A DNA stretch of 64,000 nt from Roseburia intestinalis. Lineage in GTDB: Bacteria > Bacillota > Clostridia > Oscillospirales > Acutalibacteraceae. This document shows, piece after piece, positions 59,906-64,000 of the stretch. The notes under the pieces were generated by a model that was not told the DNA's origin, did not search any database, and saw only the letters and a program-made list of their open reading frames with translations. The stretch covers positions 230 to 64,229 of the forward strand of contig CAVGND010000008.1 in NCBI GenBank assembly GCA_963630555.1. The letters are read 5' to 3'. The position numbers were made by a program, and so were the translations under genes. Position 1 is the stretch's first letter. Every line of letters begins with the position of its first letter.

Positions 59906-60274
59906 ATGAAAGATTTTACATTGCAGGACAAAATGAGAATAGTACAGGAACTTGTTCCGGGTAAACAGGTTACACTTTCGCACATAATCGCAAACCCCGA
60001 TGTTACGCTCTATAAAAAATTGGGACTTGACCCGTCAAGCGATGCGGCGCACGGCGCAATCGGCGTGTTTACCGTAAGCCCGGCGGAGACCGCAGTTATA
60101 GCGGCTGATATTTCTATGAAAGCTTCGGGTGCGGAACTCGGCTTTGTTGACCGTTTCAGCGGTACGCTTATTATAAACGGTACCGTTTCGCAGGTTGAGG
60201 CTGCTCTCACCGCCGTTAATGAATATTTGCAGAATAAGATGGGCTATTCGGTCTGTGAGATTACAAGAACATAA
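59906..60274 (+). CDS. Circularly permuted BMC shell protein (PduU/EutS family)
   Basis: RIVQELVPGKQVTLSHIIANP ... AIGVFTVSPAETAVIAADI ... GFVDRFSGTL. Confidence 0.88.
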   Translation: MKDFTLQDKMRIVQELVPGKQVTLSHIIANPDVTLYKKLGLDPSSDAAHGAIGVFTVSPAETAVIAADISMKASGAELGFVDRFSGTLIINGTVSQVEAALTAVNEYLQNKMGYSVCEITRT

Positions 60275-60278
60275 TTAA

Positions 60279-60749
60279 ATGAAACGCATTATATTGATAG
60301 GGCGTTCCGAGGCGGGCAAAACCACGCTCATACAAGCGCTTAAAGGCGAGCAAATTCATTACTGTAAAACACAGTCGATAAATTATGAAGATACGGTGAT
60401 AGATACGCCGGGGGAGTATTGTCAGGTGCGCAAACTCGGTGCGGCACTTGCGCTTTACGCATATGAGGCGGATATTTGCGGTCTTGTTGTGTCGGCAGAT
60501 GAACCGTATTCACTTTTCAGCCCGAATATAACAGGGCTTGTGAACCGTGAGGTAATCGGTATAATAACCGGTATTGATAAAAAGAGAGCAAACCCCGAAC
60601 GCGTTGAGAATTGGCTTAAAATCGCAGGGTGCGAAAAAATATTCCGCGTCTGTTCTTATACGGGTGAGGGCGTTGAAAATATAATAGAATATCTTAATAA
60701 GGGGGATAATGATGGCAAAGACCGTAGTAATAGCATTTGCAAACAATAA
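60279..60749 (+). CDS. EutP/PduV-family small GTPase
   Basis: MKRIILIGRSEAGKTTLIQAL P-loop and DTPGEY. 156 aa. Confidence 0.88.
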   Translation: MKRIILIGRSEAGKTTLIQALKGEQIHYCKTQSINYEDTVIDTPGEYCQVRKLGAALALYAYEADICGLVVSADEPYSLFSPNITGLVNREVIGIITGIDKKRANPERVENWLKIAGCEKIFRVCSYTGEGVENIIEYLNKGDNDGKDRSNSICKQ

Positions 60750-61503
60750 AGGCGGCAGCGGTAAATCAACTACCTGCAGCAATGTCGGGTATGAATTGTC
60801 GCGTCTTGGTAAAAAAGTATTGCTTGTTGACGGCGATATGCAATTAAACCTCTCTCTTTCGCTTTTCAGTGAAGATGATGTGCTTGCTATGGCGGCAGGC
60901 GGAAAAAATCTTTACACCGCTGTAAAAGATGAAAAAGATTTGTCGGATTATATTGTGTCCACGGTTTATGAAAATCTTGACCTTATACCGTCTTCCACCC
61001 TTATGAGTTCGGTCGAATATGACCTTTTTACAAAGTGGCAGCGTGAATTTATACTTAAAAAGTGCTTAAAAAATATTAAAGAATCGGGCAAGTACGATTA
61101 TATTTTAATAGATTCACCGCCTACATTGGGTGGCTGGGTTATGAATATAATGTGTGCTTCCGATAAGTTGATAATCCCGGTGGAAGCAAGCCCTTGGGGC
61201 TTGTTCGGTCTTGCAAATATGTTCGAATTTGTTGACCGTATAAAGGAAATCGCGCCGTCGCTTTCCCTGCTCGGGATAGTTATTACAAAGGCGGACGCCA
61301 GAAAAAATTATTTAAAGCAGACGCTTGAAACCCTGTCGGAACTTGAAGGAATAACGGTTTTTGATACTGTTATAAGAATCGACAGTGCGGTAGAATGGTC
61401 ACAGGATAACAGCCGTCCGGTATCGGCTTATAAGGCTTCAAGCCGCGCGGCAAAGGAATACGCTCAACTTGCTAAGGAGGTAATTAAAAATGTCAGTAGG
61501 TAA
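60709..61503 (+). CDS. ParA/MinD-family deviant Walker-A ATPase (McdA-like candidate)
   Basis: NNKGGSGKSTT, LLVDGD, YILIDSPP. The ATG overlaps pduV by 41 nt. AAGGGGGA Shine-Dalgarno upstream. Confidence 0.9.
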   Translation: MMAKTVVIAFANNKGGSGKSTTCSNVGYELSRLGKKVLLVDGDMQLNLSLSLFSEDDVLAMAAGGKNLYTAVKDEKDLSDYIVSTVYENLDLIPSSTLMSSVEYDLFTKWQREFILKKCLKNIKESGKYDYILIDSPPTLGGWVMNIMCASDKLIIPVEASPWGLFGLANMFEFVDRIKEIAPSLSLLGIVITKADARKNYLKQTLETLSELEGITVFDTVIRIDSAVEWSQDNSRPVSAYKASSRAAKEYAQLAKEVIKNVSR

Positions 61504-61741
61504 AAACAGTTTGTCAAGAGCCGCAAAAACAGCGGCAGAAGAACCGGTAAAAGAGAAAACCGAAACCCCGAAATCGGCTGAAAAGACGAAATTAAATGCC
61601 GCCAAATCCGTAGGGAAGCCGTCATCCGGCAAGGCTAAAACCGCTAAAAAGCAAACCGCCCCTAAAAAGCCGAAAAATGCGACAAAGAAAAAGTCGGATA
61701 AAATTGCTGTCGGTGCCGAATTGCCGTACTATTTATTGTAA
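61490..61741 (+). CDS. 83-aa lysine-rich, low-complexity protein (McdB-like adaptor candidate)
   Basis: AAGGAGG Shine-Dalgarno 9 nt upstream. Overlaps the parA end by 14 nt. 20 Lys and 1 Arg against 7 acidic residues. Only the C-terminus (IAVGAELPYYLL) is hydrophobic. Confidence 0.6.
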   Translation: MSVGKNSLSRAAKTAAEEPVKEKTETPKSAEKTKLNAAKSVGKPSSGKAKTAKKQTAPKKPKNATKKKSDKIAVGAELPYYLL

Positions 61742-61772
61742 TTCAGTAATATAAAACACATAAAAGCAGAGG

Positions 61773-61795
61773 GTCAAAAAGTATACTTTTTGGCA
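61773..61795. promoter_or_regulatory. 23-bp palindromic site, copy 1 (GTCAAAAAGTATACTTTTTGGCA)
   Basis: Near-perfect palindrome centred on GTATAC and preceded by AAGCAGAG. It is the reverse complement of copy 2. Confidence 0.5.
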
Positions 61796-61880
61796 TATCA
61801 AAAAATTACCAATCGGGAGCTGTAAAAATTTTATTATTTATTCTTTTTATACAAATTTTATTTTAAAATTAAAAAAAGTA

Positions 61881-61909
61881 TTGACAGTTATTTTATAATA
61901 TGATAGTAT
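61881..61909 (+). promoter_or_regulatory. Strong sigma-A-like promoter for the downstream secreted protein
   Basis: TTGACA 61881-61886, a 17-nt spacer ending TGa, TAGTAT 61904-61909, with an A/T-rich UP-like tract upstream. Confidence 0.55.
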
Positions 61910-61928
61910 ATACTTAAAATAAGCAGAG

Positions 61929-61951
61929 TGCCAAAAAGTATACTTTTTGAC
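61929..61951. promoter_or_regulatory. 23-bp palindromic site, copy 2 (TGCCAAAAAGTATACTTTTTGAC)
   Basis: Lies about +15 to +35 relative to the predicted transcription start. It is also preceded by AAGCAGAG. Confidence 0.5.
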
Positions 61952-61979
61952 ACACTAAAATAAACAGGGGGTTGTTTAA

Positions 61980-64000
61980 ATGATAACTAAAACCTTTAGG
62001 CGTACATTAAGTATAATAATCTGCGCCGCAATGTTGGTCTCGGTCTTTGCCGTTTCGTTTACAGCTTCGGCAGCGGTTACGACAGACAATGACGCGGGAA
62101 CAATTACTTACGATTGGGACTTCACAAATGCAGACACTGCGGAAGCCGATCTTGCGGATATGCTCTCCAAATCGGAATACGCCAATTCAGGTAAATCTTC
62201 TAACTTTACCTATAACAGCGACGGATATTTGAATATAGGCGGCGGCGCATGGTACTACGGTACCGTTTTCACCACCCCCGATAATTATAAGCCGTCACAG
62301 CTTTCGGTAACCGCACCTAATATCCTGCGCGAAACAGGACAGTTGCAGTATGCTACAGCGGGCGCAGTAATCGGTAAAACCACATACGGAACCGGAGACA
62401 GCGTAACAACCCAAATACTGCAAGTAAATGTTATGAGTAAGACCTACGGCGCATCATTGCGTATTTGGGACGCTGATTGGGGCCTTGGCAGCGGAACAAA
62501 AACCGCTCTCGCACTTAATTTCAAAAATGCCGAAACGGGCGAATATGTAGGCAACTCATATGAAAAAGCTTTGGGTGTTAAAATTGCAAATGCAAATTAT
62601 GACTACCTTACCTATAAGTATAATGTAACCGTTGATGACGATAACAATGTAATCGTTACCGTAACAGTTACATATACAGACCCCGAAACAGGCACGACAT
62701 ATACAACCGAAGCCGAACCGATAACAATAAATCTTGCAAGTCTGCAATCCGCAAACAGCAGCGTTACAGGATTTACACCTGTATTCGGCGTAGCGAGATA
62801 CTGCGAATTTATGCAGGACAGCAATGCCGCAAAAGTGTATGATGTCAAGGCTGTATATAAACAGACAGGCGGCAGCACGGAAACCTGCACACATACAAAG
62901 ACCAAGACAATTGACGCGGTAGACGCAACTTGTACCGCAGACGGCAAAACCGCAGAAATAGTTTGTGCCGATTGCGAAGCCTATATCTCGGGCGGCGAAA
63001 CAATAAAAGCGCTCGGTCATGATTGGGTAAAAGATACGACAAACAGCGGAAACAAAGCCGCAACTTGCGCCGAAACAGGCTTACAGTACTATAAATGCTC
63101 CAGATGTGTCGAAACAAAGTCTGAAGTAATCGCTAAAACCGCACACAGTTGGAGTGACTGGACAATCACCAAAGAAGCAAGCGAAACCGAAGAAGGAGAA
63201 AAGACAAGAACATGCTCGGTTTGCAAAGCGACAGAGACAGAAAAAATCTCAAAAACTTCAACAAGCGAATACACATGGACATTTAATAAGGACGCAGACA
63301 CAGCGGAAAAAGACCTGACTGGTATGTTGAACCATTCAGATTATATAAATGGTGCTACCAATGACAGTTTTGCATACAATAGTGATGACAAAGTTTTGTA
63401 TATAAACGGTGAGGGAGATATTCTCGAAAACAGATATTTTAGAGGACTTATTTTTAAAAACATAACCGATAATACCGGTGTGTCACTTAAACCAAATAAA
63501 CTTACCGTTGAGTCACCGATGCTTAGCGAAAGTACATCATTTCAGTCAATTACTAGCAATACCGGAGTCGCAATCGGTGAAACTTACCGAAGCGAGACAG
63601 GCGAGACAAGAAATGTGTTTGTGTCATTTGAACCCCAAATATTTAATGATTGCGAAGCGAATTTAAGAATCACTGAATGCCTTGGCACACATGATAATGA
63701 TGCAGAAGTCACAAATAAAATCATACATCTGCAATTTAAAAAAGAAAACGGACAAACTACATCCGCGCTGCAAGATGTATTCGGTACTGATTTTACCTGG
63801 GAAAATTTTGGAGACCTTACCTGCAAATATGTCGCAGATATCGATGACAATCAAAATGTAAACATAACCGTAACTGTTACCTATACCTATACCAATTCTG
63901 ACGGCGAAACGCAAAATATAAGTGCCGAAGCCGAAACGGTAACAATAAATCTTGAAAACCTGCAAACCTATGAAAGTAACACATATAACAAACAGAAAAC
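61980..64000 (+). CDS. Large secreted repeat protein, 5' 673 codons (open at the window end; absent from the ORF track)
   Basis: AGGGGG Shine-Dalgarno, ATG 61980, signal peptide MITKTFRRTLSIIICAAMLVSVFAVSFTASA. I read the frame codon by codon to position 64000 and found no stop. Two diverged modules of roughly 260-300 aa flank a Cys-repeat region. Confidence 0.8.
   Translation, partial: MITKTFRRTLSIIICAAMLVSVFAVSFTASAAVTTDNDAGTITYDWDFTNADTAEADLADMLSKSEYANSGKSSNFTYNSDGYLNIGGGAWYYGTVFTTPDNYKPSQLSVTAPNILRETGQLQYATAGAVIGKTTYGTGDSVTTQILQVNVMSKTYGASLRIWDADWGLGSGTKTALALNFKNAETGEYVGNSYEKALGVKIANANYDYLTYKYNVTVDDDNNVIVTVTVTYTDPETGTTYTTEAEPITINLASLQSANSSVTGFTPVFGVARYCEFMQDSNAAKVYDVKAVYKQTGGSTETCTHTKTKTIDAVDATCTADGKTAEIVCADCEAYISGGETIKALGHDWVKDTTNSGNKAATCAETGLQYYKCSRCVETKSEVIAKTAHSWSDWTITKEASETEEGEKTRTCSVCKATETEKISKTSTSEYTWTFNKDADTAEKDLTGMLNHSDYINGATNDSFAYNSDDKVLYINGEGDILENRYFRGLIFKNITDNTGVSLKPNKLTVESPMLSESTSFQSITSNTGVAIGETYRSETGETRNVFVSFEPQIFNDCEANLRITECLGTHDNDAEVTNKIIHLQFKKENGQTTSALQDVFGTDFTWENFGDLTCKYVADIDDNQNVNITVTVTYTYTNSDGETQNISAEAETVTINLENLQTYESNTYNKQK

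Noticed and set aside
61773-61795. The palindrome after the 83-aa gene read as a rho-independent terminator
   Set aside because: The stem is almost entirely A/T with essentially no loop and no downstream U-tract. A second, reverse-complement copy sits in the next gene's leader, so an operator or protein-binding role is more likely.
1-64000. Search for rRNA, tRNA, CRISPR arrays, transposases, integrases or prophage genes
   Set aside because: Reading both strands, I recognised none. The only long exact repeat is the 258-bp BMC-H duplication. A covariance-model scan (Infernal/tRNAscan) would be needed to exclude small ncRNAs.

Overview
This is a chromosomal segment from a low-to-moderate GC, spore-forming Firmicute. 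It is probably a Ruminococcus-like Clostridium, because it has spoVB and gerA-family genes and a dockerin-bearing LRR protein. I found no rRNA, tRNA, CRISPR array or mobile element. Positions 1-32.5 kb hold mostly housekeeping genes: a partial abrB-like gene, a YtrA-type GntR/ABC module, ldhA, a LOG-family gene, a NUDIX-DUF523 fusion, carD, ispE, an ACT/UPF0210 pair, a GGGtGRT/NifU-like pair and uppP, followed by the ftsH-hpt-tilS-dnaB-rplI-gdpP-rnj block, prs, pflB-pflA and secA. Positions 32.5-40.3 kb hold a seven-gene aromatic amino acid operon (aroF-tyrA-aroB-aroA-aroC-pheA-aroE/K). It is preceded by a complete promoter, a Phe/Tyr-rich 29-codon leader ORF and a terminator, which looks like a ribosome-mediated attenuator. 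Then come a DUF1273 gene, trkHA, spoVB, a gerA-family gene and a DeoR regulator. Positions 47.9-60.7 kb are a glycyl-radical-enzyme microcompartment operon of the fucose/rhamnose (GRM5-like) type. It encodes a class II aldolase, an acylating aldehyde dehydrogenase, a Zn-ADH, four BMC-H proteins (two share 258 bp of identical DNA), PduL, BMC-P, a PduS-like protein, BMC-T, the GRE, its activase, PduU/EutS and PduV/EutP. The most interesting signal is at its 3' end. A ParA-type ATPase and an 83-aa lysine-rich, apparently disordered ORF are translationally coupled to the operon, which resembles the McdA/McdB carboxysome-positioning pair. A zinc-ribbon membrane protein with an acidic Tyr-rich tail also sits between the GRE and its activase. 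The window ends with paired palindromic operators around a strong promoter, followed by a long secreted repeat protein that is open at the window edge and absent from the ORF track. All start codons and RNA structures were inferred by eye.
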